From: Lama guanicoe
Taxonomy: Eukaryota
Direction of reading: 5' to 3'
Assembly (NCBI GenBank): GCA_013239625.1
Contig: MU053934.1
Span: 775,285 to 839,284, forward strand
Length of the DNA stretch: 64,000 nucleotides
The notes under the pieces were generated by a model. That model saw only the letters and a program-made list of their open reading frames with translations, ran no database searches and had not been told where the DNA came from. Every line of letters begins with the position of its first letter. Position 1 is the first letter of the stretch. Positions 25,421 through 37,379 of the stretch are shown here, piece by piece. The position numbers and the translations under genes were made by a program.

Positions 25421-27857
25421 TAAAATATAATCAGCATTCCGACTCAGGAACCTGTGCCAGGCTCCATCACCAGATTCCAGATTTGTGCTGAATTTTGCCA
25501 GTTCTCTAAAGATTTCTTATTCCCTGCTGATTCATTGTCCTAGCTTCCCAGACAGCCTTAGCTTTCCAGGTCTTGTGTCCCTCCTCCTACACACCTTGCC
25601 CTGCTTTCAGTGGTCCTGATGCTGACATGATTAGAGCCAGCTGTGGATAAGATATTAACATCTGTCCATCAAGAACTTTGGAGTGTGTGCCCAGCACTAC
25701 ATGGAAAGCGCTCTAGGTCATTCTGTTCAGACGAAAAAAGACTCCAGCTTTCCAGCTTTCCCCTCTGTCAACTCTCTTGGTCTTGCCACCAGAGTTCTCT
25801 CCTATTTTCATTGACAGATATTGCTCCCTGTCAGCAACAAGGCATCTTGGGCTCTGTGTTTCAGTGGAATTGGTGAACTTCTGAAGTCACTCAGCCTGCA
25901 GCCTTTTACTTTACAACACCCCCTATGGTGTTCCATAATTGCCTGGAAATGCATGGTGTCTCCCATCTTGTGGCTTAATTAAAATTCAGTTCTGTTCAAG
26001 AGAGTCACAATTAAGTTGTGTTTTTGTCTTTCTTTCTCCTGCTATCATTTTGGGACCCCCTGATCGTGATGCCTCCTTGCTTAACCTGGAAATTGTCCAA
26101 AATATTTTCGTGGGTGGTGTGTCATTGTAGCAGCTTCTCGAAAAGAAAGACACTATGTTTTAAGGAGAACATCATAGATGCTATTTTCTGTTAGTTACTT
26201 TATTTGATCTCCATTTGGCAGGTTATATCATCCTCATTCATGCTGAGAAGAAACTGAGGCTCAGAAAAGTTAGGTAGCACTGCTTGTCAGGGCAGCAGCA
26301 AGAATTAAGAACAGAGTCAGCTGTCTTTATCTTGTCATGGGAAGGATGCTAAAGGAGTGAGAGGCAGGATGGTGAAATTGCCCTTGTAAAAGATGAGACC
26401 TCAGATATCTGAAGCAGTTATCAGTGCTTCAATAAATGCTGGCAATTATCAAATTATCAGGGAGAATTAACAATGGTGGCTGGAGGGAGAAATCCACAGC
26501 CTGCAACTTTCAACGTCTACAGTTGTTTGAGAACTAGCAAAAGAACTGGTGAGTCTTATTAATTTCACTACCCTCCACACCCAGGGTTAATCAGTGTGGT
26601 CCAAAAGTTCCGTGCCCCAAGCACTAGTAGACACTTAATCAATGCCTGTTCAATTAAAAAATACTTTGCACATTGACTTAAAAATCACTTTCTCTAAATG
26701 CTTTTGGGGAAAATGGCCATCTTGGAAGCACTGGCCTCATTCTCTCCTCAGTAGGACTCCATCGGAGAGCTGAATTCTGACTTTGAGTTAGCATTCAAAA
26801 GTTATAAAATTACTTCCTTGAACGAGTCTCTTCTTTCCCCGCAGTTCCAATGCTAAGTGAGGGTTGACCCTGCCTCCCCTTCCCCACCCACCTCCCGGCA
26901 TCATTGTTTCTCCAGTTAAAGAGCATTGGAGGGACAACCCAACTGGAGGTTCTGCTGAATTACAGCTAACCACACCGCCGAGGAATCCCACTCTGCTTTG
27001 ATCTCTTATCGCTCGGCGCACACAGCCCTTTCCTCTGAAAGGCCAGCTGCTCTCAGCATCGCTGTGTCTAATCAGACGTGTCACATCTCCTCTGAGGTAA
27101 ATCGGGTTTATTGGAGAAGGGAAATTAAATTAAGTCTGTTTAGGAATTAATTGTGACTATCTAGGCTTAATCTATCATATTATCCCATTGTGGTATATCG
27201 AGATCAAAACCCGCTGCCCCAGTTTTCAAACAAAATACAAACTTAATACCTAGAAAGTGGGCATAGTGTTTTGGACAGCAAAAGCAGCAAATGGAAAATT
27301 AAAAATTTAGGGACTAAAAGGCATAAGATCCACATGATATCAGTTGATTCACTTTAGGAGAGAATGTAAAACATACTTGCCGAGACCACCCTCTGCTAGC
27401 TTGCCCACAAATGAAGGTATGTGTATAGCAGGTGCTCCATGAATATTTATTCAAGTAAATGGGGAAGTGAGCGAATGGGTGAATTTCCATCGTCTTTATC
27501 ACCGTGACCCAAAGGTCTTTATTGGGTCACCAGTGAATCAGGTTACATGGTGCGTGCTATCCGCTCAAGTGCAAAACGAATATTTAACAGGATACTGGAA
27601 ACTGTGCCAAGTGCTAGTGACACAGAGACCCAGCTCCTGCCATCACCTGGCACATAGTCTAGGAGAGAACTCTGTGACACAGGCAGTCGTAATCAAGTAA
27701 ACCTGCGTGATGTGAGGAGGCTGGTGGATGCATGAGATGGGTAATGAGAGTCACAGTAAGAACAGGCTCATAGCTTCATCACAAAGCCTCGTGGGACTTG
27801 GAAACCACAGACAGAAGTTAAGGGATGGAACATAAGGATGCTTAAGTCAGTTATCGA

Positions 27858-27975
27858 TAGGGTTTCTGCTTGGGATAGTCCTCGTTTGCACTAGTCTTCC
27901 TGGTGTAATTATAGTAGTGCCCACTTGACCTCCAAAAGTACCCTAATGTGGATGAGAAATTGTACAGTCACTCTA
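27858..27975. mobile_element. MER94-like hAT-Blackjack MITE
   Basis: taggg...tgggatagtcc...cctggtgtaattatagtagtgccc...ggatgagaaattgtacagtcactcta. Confidence 0.65.
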
Positions 27976-28662
27976 GTTATTGAAAATTTCGGTGAGCTGC
28001 TGATGTGTTCGCGAGAGTGGCGGTTGGTAGCAACCAGCCAGAGGTTTCATCTGGTAGAGCGCAGAGAACGCGTGCACCAGGAAGACGTGACTGAGAGATC
28101 TTCGCTAGATAAGCTTTAGGCTTTGAGAAGAGTCAGTTCAGAAGTGAATCCCTCCTTCTTCATGTTGAGTATGTTGATCCTTTAAGAAACTTATATTTGA
28201 TGATATTCTTTATACTGTATGGTGTGGCTCTTTGTTCTTCATTGCCTAATAGGGGAGGGAGAGAGAGAAAGGGGTCGGGGAGAGAGAGAGAGAGAACACA
28301 GATTGCAGGTATCATTAGGTCAGTCAGTGGCCAGTGGAGATCAGCAGTCTGGCTCAGGTAAGTGTTCACTGGCCACCTACAGGTAAGGATGCCTACAAAA
28401 TAAAGGTAATTAGAAAACTCCCTGTAATATATCACCCAGCTGGAAACTAATGAGTGATGGAGACCCAGTGCAGAGGAGAGGCTAATTAGACTGAGTGGGA
28501 ATTCCTTCTGGAACAGGGAAATGTCAAGTATCAGGAAGAAATAATGTTTTCCAGCAGCATTTGAAACCAGATAAATCCGTTTATCTTCTTAGTGCAATCA
28601 TAATTTTTTTAAACAAAATGTGAAGTCAATATTTCTTTTGTAAAAAGGAAAAAGATTCATCT

Positions 28663-28699
<37 letters not shown>
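28663..28699. repeat. (CA)n microsatellite
   Basis: Read directly from the sequence. Confidence 0.95.
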
Positions 28700-28700
<1 letters not shown>

Positions 28701-28996
28701 AGTTAAGTAATATTCAAGGAGTGAAAAGAACCAAGAAATCTCGACAAAGATTTAAACTCCATAACATAAAATAAAATTTCAAAAAGAATGCAGGTACTAA
28801 GGGACTGTCATTTCTTGGTGGATTAACATTGACTTCTCCTGCCAGATTTTCTTCCCTTCTTTCCACTGAAATCATTATCTTTAATGAGTGCTGGAATTTT
28901 TAGTCTTCTCAAGTCATGATTGTGGGCTGGGGGTAGTAGAGGTGGTGAAGAATGTCTAATGTTTCCCTTTGATTTTACAACCCAGGTAATTTGCCT

Positions 28997-29093
28997 ATCC
29001 ATCCATCCATCCACCCACCAATCCATCCATCCACCCACCAATCCATCCATCCATCCACCAGTCCATCCATCCATCCATCCATCCATCCATCCA
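28997..29093. repeat. (CCAT)n tetranucleotide repeat with a 20-bp higher-order unit
   Basis: atccatccatccacccacca repeated twice plus a variant, then pure (CCAT)n. Confidence 0.95.
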
Positions 29094-29722
29094 CTGAAGC
29101 ACTACATAGTGTGGCAGGTCTAGCTTCAAGTTTGGGGAGTAATGTAACCTCAGACAAGTGACCTACCAACCAGAAGACTCAGTTTATTCATCTGAAAAAT
29201 AGGTCTAACAATGGCATCTTCCTCTTTGAGTTGTTGTGAGAAGTAGGAAGCCCTCAAGAAATATAAGGTACTCTAATAATAAATAATTCACTTGTTTGTT
29301 TTAAAAAATATTAGATGATTCTTGTCTGCACTGTGAAAGTTTTTTTCCAAAAGCAAATCAACCACAATTCTTGCTGTCAAGGAGCTCATATTTTAGCCAA
29401 GGAGACTGATATTGATCTTGATATATAAAATTAAAACTTACCCCGTGTTAAAGATGTAAAATTACATGTTAAGGAAACCACGAGAAGGAACAATAACTCC
29501 ACATGATGGGGGAGGGGGTGGGTAGCTGAGTAATGTTTCGCTAAGAAGATGATCAAAATGGGAAGACTAGTTAGAAAAGGGGTAGGTAGACGGTTAGTAT
29601 AACCCATTTGAAGTTGCAAGTTGACTTTGATTTAATCCTTTTTAAGATACACTGTAACTTCCCTTGGGTAAATTTGTTCAAGAACAGGAGTGAGTCTTGT
29701 AAAAGTTAGGTACCTTGTTTAT

Positions 29723-30310
29723 ATTCATTCATTCATTGTATTCAACAAAGATTTATAGGGTGTCTGGCACGTGTTCAGATGGCAAAAATGAGAGATGAGA
29801 AGGATGTGGTTCTTCTCAAGGAAATCCTGTCTGGAGGAGGAGATAGGATCAATCAAATATGATAAATGTCATGATGTGCAGAAGAGGGCACAATGAGGGG
29901 CGAAAGAGCTAGCCAGGTAGAGAGCTATGGACCAGCCATTCCAGATGAAGCAGCATGAGCCAAGGAGCAAAGGCAGAAAAGAGCACACGGTGGAGGGGAG
30001 ACGCAACAGTGATGGTATCAGCAGCATATTAGATGGGAATCAGGAGGCTCTTAGGGCAGTTTCAGGACCTTATATTTTATCCAAAGATAAAAGGAATCAT
30101 TGAGGGGTTTTAAACGAGAGCAACATGGTCAAGTGCACATTTTGAAGAGATCAGTCTGGCTGCAGGGTTGAGGATAGACCAACGGGTCAAGATAAGAGAT
30201 AAGGAGAAGAGATAAAAGGCCTTGGGAGGAGTGGAGGTGAAAGATGATGAGGGCATGAGTGGGAGAGTCGGAGAGAAATGAACATACTTTTGAAATATTT
30301 AGAATCTAAA
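29723..30310 (-). mobile_element. L2 3' portion
   Basis: attcattcattcatt...caacaaagattta..., ttgaggggttttaaac...aagagatcagtctggctgcag. Confidence 0.8.
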
Positions 30311-31027
30311 AGTGGATTCCAGACTCCCAAACCCAAAGCATCGCATTACAGAGCTGCCTCTGCTGTAAGGGTCGCTAGGAAGGCTAGGCCCCCAGGGGCA
30401 GCCTTGTACTAGACCTCAAACTAGAGAAGTGTGTCCCCCAAGATCCCCATCCTCTGAACACCACGGGTCTGAACTCCTTGCCAGCCATCCCTACGCCTTC
30501 ACAGATCTCAGTTCCTGGAGGACTGATTACCCGAACTGTAAAACAGAAATCACTAAACTTCAGCTTTCAGACGTGTCGGAGCACACGCTGCGGTTATTTC
30601 ATTTTCACAGCCTAAGCGTCCATATTTCTTATTGAGTGAGCAGGGTGCATGGGGCTCAAACCTCGGTGCCTGTGTTCTTTTGGAAAGTACAAGTAGAGCA
30701 AAGGGTCTTAAATAATTTAGAACTGCCCTAAATTTTTCCAGCTGTCTCCCCTTTTCCATCTCTCCAAGGGATGCAAAAAAGCAGCCTCCAGCACACTAAA
30801 GTGTTCATATTTCTAGAAGCTCTGGGAGAAAAGAAGAAAAACCACAAATGTTCCCTCTTTAAATATTCTTTTTGTCATATTTTCCCTTTATCCCCAATGA
30901 TGGCAGTTAATAGTCACAATTTTAGAGGAAGATTTTGCATTTAGTGGCAAGACCTTGCATTTTCGCCACGGTTGCATTGAATCATAGAACGTTAGAGCTG
31001 AAATTAGAATTTAGAAACAATCAACTT

Positions 31028-31219
31028 CAGAGCTGGAGAGCACCTGGCATGCATGCTGTAATTCTCATCACCCACATCCAGGGCAGACATTGCTAATCCA
31101 TCACGGTGGTCTTTTCCTAGGAGCCCAGGTGTAGCCTCAAATCCTTGTCAATATGGTGTGTAAGTGACTGCCAACCGGTTGGAGTTGGCACACAAAATGA
31201 AACTCATTCATCACCCCTG
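31028..31219. mobile_element. Small hAT DNA transposon fossil (MER102-like; subfamily uncertain) inside a MIR-like remnant
   Basis: cag...gcagacattgctaatccatcacgg...ttggagttggcacacaaaatgaaactc...cacccctg, followed by ttctag. Confidence 0.6.
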
Positions 31220-31869
31220 TTCTAGTCCCAACAGCTGCACAGGAGGAACCTCGGCAGCAGAAATGCCCCAGCACCCCCCGTGGGCAGGTAGGCTTTTTGC
31301 TAAGACCTGCCTCCAGTGAAGTTAGCCCTTCTGTTCCTGACTCTGAATCTATCCCTCCTATGTTTCTGTCTCTGCGTCCCCCAGAATCTCTGCGTCTTTC
31401 TCTTTCTTTGAACCTCTGAGCATCTGTCTGCTTTCTGGTTGTCTCTGAGCTGCTGTCTATTTCTCTGGCCGCATTTGTGTCTCAGTGTTTCTCGGCTCTT
31501 CTGCGGAGTAGACTTCGGCCCTAGGAATGCTCTTGGCCTCTTTGTATGTGAATTAGGGATTGTAGCTCCAGCTCCGCACCAGGGGGTTTTCAGAGTGATT
31601 GTTGCTAAGAATGATGGGAAAGAGGGAGCAGAAAACGTCAAACCGCCAGGGGAGATAAGGCAACAGTTTGAATTGTGATCATGGGGGAGAAAGATTTTTC
31701 TGGGACAACGGAAATGTTGAAGCACATTTGCGCATGAATAACCCCCATTTAATTAGCCTCCAGAGAAGGCTCACGGTGGAGGTGGAAAGAAGAATCAAAG
31801 GAGGCAAGGATGAAATGGGAGTTCGCTGCATTTCAAGGCAGGAGGAGTTACTTCAGCATGTTCGCCCTT

Positions 31870-31916
31870 TTTATTTTTATTTTATTTTATTTTATTTTAT
31901 TTTATTTTATTTTTTT
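31870..31916. repeat. (ATTTT)n simple repeat
   Basis: Read directly from the sequence. Confidence 0.95.
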
Positions 31917-32478
31917 GATCACAGTAGGGGGATATCCTCTTATATCTACTCAGCCTCTAGGAAACTGTCTCCCTCAGAAGGAGGTGTCAGGAGTTTGGAG
32001 TTTGTGAAGTGCTCACAGCATTACCATGCTAGACAAGAAGGATCCCGGGGTCCTTTCACCTTCAAGATTGTATCTTTTCTCATGGGCTCAAGAGAGATTT
32101 CTTTAAAAAAAAAAAATGTAAGTTCCATCTCCTAACGATTACTTGGTTTCTAAGCCAAGGGCCCACCTCAGTATTTGACCCATGCCCTTCTCTTCAGACT
32201 GTGAGCTGACTTTTCTACTGTATGAGTTTACTCAAAGGTAGATGGAACTGTCTCGACCTCTGTCGCCTAAGCCACTGGAGGTATCTTACTGTTAAATCAA
32301 AGGACATCCTCAAGTTGAGGCAGGTGGTGAAGAAGCCATCCAGCGTGGGCTTGCCGGTCCCCCACATCTCCAGGCTCTACCTGAGCACCTCCTTCCTTCT
32401 CCCTCTCCTGGCGTCCTCCTGGATCTCTGAGTGCAAGGTTTCCTTTTCAAGACAGGATATCAGAAGCGTGATTATAAA

Positions 32479-32621
32479 GGAGGAGGGGTTAGCTCGGTGG
32501 TAGAACACGTGATTAGCATGCACAAGGTCCTGGGTTCAATCCCCAGTACCGCTGTTAAAAAAAAACAAACAATAAATAAACCTAATCACCTCCCCTCAAA
32601 ATAAAAAAAAAATTAAAGAAA
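32479..32621 (+). mobile_element. Camelid tRNA-derived SINE (Vic-1-like)
   Basis: A box tagctcggtggtaga, B box gggttcaatccc, body ttagcatgcacaaggtcctgggttcaatccccagtacc, aataaataaacctaatcacctcccc and A-rich tail; degraded TSD agaagcgtgattataaa / agaagtgtaattctaga. Confidence 0.88.
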
Positions 32622-32639
32622 AGAAGTGTAATTCTAGAG

Positions 32640-32817
32640 CACTAGTTCTCAAACTTGGCTGCATGTTGGAATCACGTGGGGAGTTTTCAAAAAACACTGA
32701 TGTCTGGGTCCCACTCCCCGAGATGATTCTGATTTAGTTGGTATTGAATATGGCCTGGAGCATGGGGGTTTTTGAAAATCTCCCTGGTGATTCTTATATG
32801 CAATTTCAAGACCACTG
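32640..32817. mobile_element. MER5A1-like hAT-Charlie MITE
   Basis: gttctcaaacttggctgcatgttggaatcac...gattctgatttagttggt...ctccctggtgattct...gaccactg. Confidence 0.85.
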
Positions 32818-33469
32818 GTCAATGGTTCCCAAGCCTGATTAGACCCCTGCCAGTTTCTCCCCTTGGATTACTTTTATAATTTCTACCAAAATGGGAGCCC
32901 AAAGTGTCCCATGACCACTTGTATCATCTATCATTGTCAGCATGGCATGCAATTATCCCTGCAATTGCTGACCAGCAAGAAGCAGGTGGTGAAGTCAGTT
33001 ACTGGCCAGACTTCATGCATTAGGAACATTTGTGTTCACTGCTACTCTTACCACATTGGGGGACATTCTGATGGTGGGAAACATGCCACTCTCAGGGAAC
33101 TGAGGTTATATCAGAAGAATAGGAGACATACCTAGTGGAAAAAATACACCCTTATATTTGCCAGCATCTCTTTTGTGTGGAGAACTAGACAATTGCCCAC
33201 GTATAAATGCTCACCTGCAGGAAAAAGAACAGAGCCTGGGTACTCGCTGAGCCACTTCAAATGGCAAATGTCGAGTGGGTATTGTGTGTGCACACCTGTG
33301 CTTGGACTTGAAACACACCTTTACGACTGCTACAGAGTTATTTAACTTCTCTAATCCTGTATCTTCTCTGCTGTGAGATGGGTTTAATCAAAACCTACCT
33401 AATGAAATTATTCTGAGGACTAAAATAAATTATGAATTTAAAGTTTATTGCACATATTAGTTCTAAAGC

Positions 33470-34030
33470 TCTCACAAGTCTGCAGGGAAATATAAAACCT
33501 CAATTTAAAAATTAGTAAGAGCATGAATGGGCAATTTGTTGAAGAAAAATATATGTGGCCAGTAAACAAAGGAACATACAGCATCACTAGCAATCAAACA
33601 TTTCAATTAAGATGAGAACACTATTCTTTTATCTTAATAACTTGCCTTTGATTTACATTGTGGTGGGATAGGTTCTCTTATATCACGCTAATGGGACTAT
33701 AAGTGGATGTAGTCTTTCTAGAAAGTAATTATCAAAAACCTTCAAAAAGTTTTTTTTTGGAACCAGAAATTCTACTTCTCTAGTCTTTCTTAAGGAACTA
33801 AATAGGGTTGTTTATAGATGTTGATTTCAATGTTATTTGTAATTGTGAAAAATGGAAATAATCTAATTATCCAAAATATGTAAATAATTAAATTATGATG
33901 TATCTTCAAAATAAATTAATGTCTCTATAAAATTAAATTTATTAAGTTTATCTAGTGACATAGGAGCATTCTCTTGGTAAATGAAAAAGCAAGATAAACT
34001 TTATTTTCAATAATGTAATTTTGTTTTAAA
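33470..34030 (+). mobile_element. Degenerate L1ME 3' region
   Basis: catgaatgggcaattt...catcactagcaatcaaa...ccagaaattctacttct...tgaaaaatggaaataatctaa. Confidence 0.65.
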
Positions 34031-34039
34031 AATATATGA

Positions 34040-34920
34040 CATTTTATTTGTTGAAATGCTTTTGCTGTTATCAGACACTGACTCAAACTGGCTTCAATAA
34101 TAAAGAAAATTTATAAGTTCCTATAATAGAAAATATATCAGGCTTCCAAAATGGTTGATTTAGCAATTCAATATTTTTATCAAGGATCCAGCTTATTTCT
34201 AAACTTCACCCCTGCTATCCGGCGTACTGTGTTCACCCTTAGACAGAAGGATGTTCAGGAAAAAAAAAAGAGATTACATGTCTTTCTCTTCTCTGACCTC
34301 TCTCTTCCCTTCCCTGTCTCCCTTTTCAACTCTTTGGTTAAGTGAGGAAAATTTTTTTTCAATTTATAGTCGACTTACAACGTTGTGCTAATTTCTGGTG
34401 TACAGCACAGTGATTCAGTTACACACACTATATATAAAGACATAGATACTCCTTTTCATATTCTTTTTCATTATAGGCTATTCCAAGATACTAAATATAG
34501 TTCCCTGTGCTAAGAACTAACATTGTTAAAATGGCCATACTGCTCTAAGCCATCCACAGATTTAATGCGATCCCTGTCAAATTACCCAGGACATTTTTCA
34601 CAGAGCCGGAACAAATAATCCTAAAATTTACATGGAATCGCAGAAGACCCAGAACTGCCAAAGCGATACGGAGTGAGGAAATTTTTCTCACTAGCCCACC
34701 TGCAGAATTCCGCTCACATGTTGTGGTCCTGCATTTGGTTCTGCTCAGTCCTGCACCATCCCCTGGCCACAGAAATGAGACTACACTTAGACCAATTCGG
34801 ATCTGTTCCTGAACTCAGTGGGGTGAGTTTCCTGAGACTCACAGCTGATGGAAAAGGAAGAGGGAGAATCCGACAAATGAATGCTGGGTGGGCAACTACA
34901 TCCACTCTGGATATGCATCT
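34040..34920 (-). mobile_element. MLT1K/L-like MaLR LTR, split by the L1 insertion
   Basis: actcaaactggcttcaataataaagaaaattta...catcaaggatccag-like segment ... gaatgctgggtgggcaac. Confidence 0.55.
34351..34671. mobile_element. 5'-inverted L1 insertion: minus-strand 3' UTR (34351-34511) joined to plus-strand ORF2 piece (34512-34671)
   Basis: Plus strand from 34513 reads [51 protein letters not shown]; flanked by agtgaggaaa(a)tttt at 34341 and 34672. Confidence 0.9.
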
Positions 34921-35529
34921 GTCCACCAAGATATATACCTTCCAGTTGATATGACCTCCAGGGGGAAGTTGGATGGAAAAATACATGGAGGAAGTTTTTA
35001 GGTCATAGACTTGGTGCCAAGATTTTGTCTGAAGTCTGATTTCCGTGTGGAAGATTTTCAGAGCTCTCGGGAAAAAGAAGCAAATGCAGAAAGAAACCAG
35101 TTAGGATGTGACCTTTGATGACAAGCCTTCTGAGATGGGGACAGAGGCTCCACTGCCTGGCTTGTTCTTCCTGTCTCTTTATGACAATCCTGTGGCTTGT
35201 CGTGAGACATGGCTTATTGTAGTGATGGGAGTTAGGTTGAAACTGCATGAGAGCCAGGAGGCATTAGAAAAGGAGCAGGGAGGGGTCTTTTGTGACTTAT
35301 GTAAGCCTCAGTTAAAACTCACCTAGTGAACCAGGCTGGAGATATTCATGGTCTTGTTTCCATGATGTCATAAAAAGAATGATTCCAATAAAAACTCCTA
35401 TGATTCTGTAAACCAGACTGCTCTCTCTCCAGGCTCCCAAAGGACCCCAGAAACAGAGGGTTGTCTGAAGTGCATAAAAACACTCTTGTATTCTATAAGC
35501 CTTTTAATCACATAACAATAATAGCTGGT

Positions 35530-35790
35530 GTCTTTGTTTCTGTGGGTTGCAATAGCAGGGTACCACAGATGTTGGCTTAAAAAGCAGATGTGTGTTGTCT
35601 CACACATCCCACATCAAGGTGTTGGCAGGGCCGTGCTCTCTCTTTCTGTAGGCTCCAAGGGAGGACCGTTCCTGCCCCTTCCTAGCTTCTGACCACCAAA
35701 CACAATCTTTGGTGTTCCTTGGCTCGTGGGTACATCACACTAGTCTCTCCCTCTGCCTTTCCATTGTGTTCTCTCCCTGTGTCCATCCAG
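35530..35790 (-). mobile_element. MLT1B/C-like MaLR LTR part
   Basis: taccacagatgttggcttaaaaagcagatg...atcaaggtgttggcagggccgtgctc...cttcctagcttctg. Confidence 0.75.
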
Positions 35791-36694
35791 ATGGATCCAT
35801 AAAGAGGAAGAAGGAAGGGGCCAAGGGGGTGGGGACCAAAGAGTGCAGAGCAACCACTAGAAGTTAGATGCTGCTGCTCCTATTTTACAGATAAGAATAC
35901 TGAGACTTTTTAGAGGTTAGGTGCTCTGCACGAGATCATGGACTACTAACCGGAGATCTGGTACTAGAACCAATGCCTCCCCTTTCTCTGGCCCCATGTC
36001 CTTCTGATAAAGCAAGCAGGCAGCCTGCTTGCTGTGGAAAAGCTACAACGGCTAGGAGAGGGTGCTTCCGACTTTCCCCTGAAGTGTTCAGAGCCGTGCT
36101 AGCTCTCAGCACGTCTGAACTCCCGCTGTTTCTTCCTGGGAGGATCCCAGCTGCTGAGGGATGAAGCCAGTGCTGGAGCCAACAGTCCCTGAACCAGGAG
36201 GGGTCTGAGGTGCTAAAGAAAAGAGAAGTAGACCCTCTGGGTGGAGTCTCCAGGTCTGCTTCAAAGATAACGGTGCTTGTATGTTATCACATTTCTCTGT
36301 TTGATGCAGGAAGTTGTCGTCCTCAGTGGTTAGAGCTCAGAACTGGGAGTGGAAGTTTTGGTGAGAACAGCTCTGGGCCCAGTAGCCAGTGGTTTGAATA
36401 CATCAACTGCCAGGAGAGGAAAATAAATGGGATCTTCTGACACTTTTCCAGGAAAGGAAAAGATGGTAACTAGTTGAGGCCTTGCTGGCCATATGGTCTT
36501 GATCACAGGCACTCAACTCTGCTGTTGTGGTACAGAAGCATCCTTAGACAGTATGCAAATAAATGGAGCCCAAAGGCCTCCTGGATGCCCCAGGCCTTGG
36601 GTGCTATGCTGAACCTTTGACCCTCAGAGCAGCGGGGACTTTCAGGCTGCCCGCCCCCGCATGGCCCTGCTTGACCCAGTGGTATAGTCCTGGA

Positions 36695-37185
36695 GGGAAT
36701 CACAAAATATTCAAACTGGATATGATTTTCAGAGCATCTAGGCCAACTCCTCTTTGAACAAATGAAAATAAATGAGGCCCAGAGAGGGAAGGTGACTTAT
36801 CCAGAGCTGAAAAACTTAGTGGCAGAGCTAAGACTAGAATGAGATTCTCCTAATTCCCAACCAGGGCTCTTTCCACCCCACCACCTGCCCTCTGTCCACC
36901 AGAGTGTTTTGTTTTCATTTAAAAACTACACAGGTGGTTTTGTGGTTAAGAGCACAGTTGTGGGGGACAGACCCCTGGGCTCATATCTTCGCTAAACCAC
37001 TTACCAGCTCTCTGACCTTGAGAGAATAACTTGCTTGTCTGCACTTCAGTTTACTAATCTGTAAAATGGGCATAATTACAGGACCTACCCCCATAAAATG
37101 TTGTGAAGAACAAATACCATAAGTACCTTAGCCTAATCCTGGGCAGATAGCAGGTGATAGATGAATATTAGAAATCATTGTGATT
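36695..37185. mobile_element. Two MIR SINEs (- at ~36695-36880, + at ~36930-37185)
   Basis: aaatgaggcccagagagggaaggtgactt; ttaagagcacag...cttcagtttactaatctgtaaaatgggcataat. Confidence 0.8.
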
Positions 37186-37379
37186 ATTCATAAAGGAAAT
37201 GACCTTGAATATCAATTATTCCTCGGTTTAGAAGCTCAGCAGAGATAAAGGGACTTACCAAGGTCATGCATCTTGAAAAGGGCATATGTTCCCATACACC
37301 ATGCACGTCTCATCCAAGTCCAGGCCACTTTCAGTAATAATTGGCAGGGAATCTGCACTGGTGAGAGCTTACTGATGAA

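Noticed and set aside
28823..29169. ORFs with [15 protein letters not shown] repeats
   Set aside because: Translations of the (CCAT)n microsatellite
32479..32552. tRNA-like sequence with A and B boxes
   Set aside because: SINE head: followed by SINE body, A-rich tail and TSD, with no proper acceptor stem
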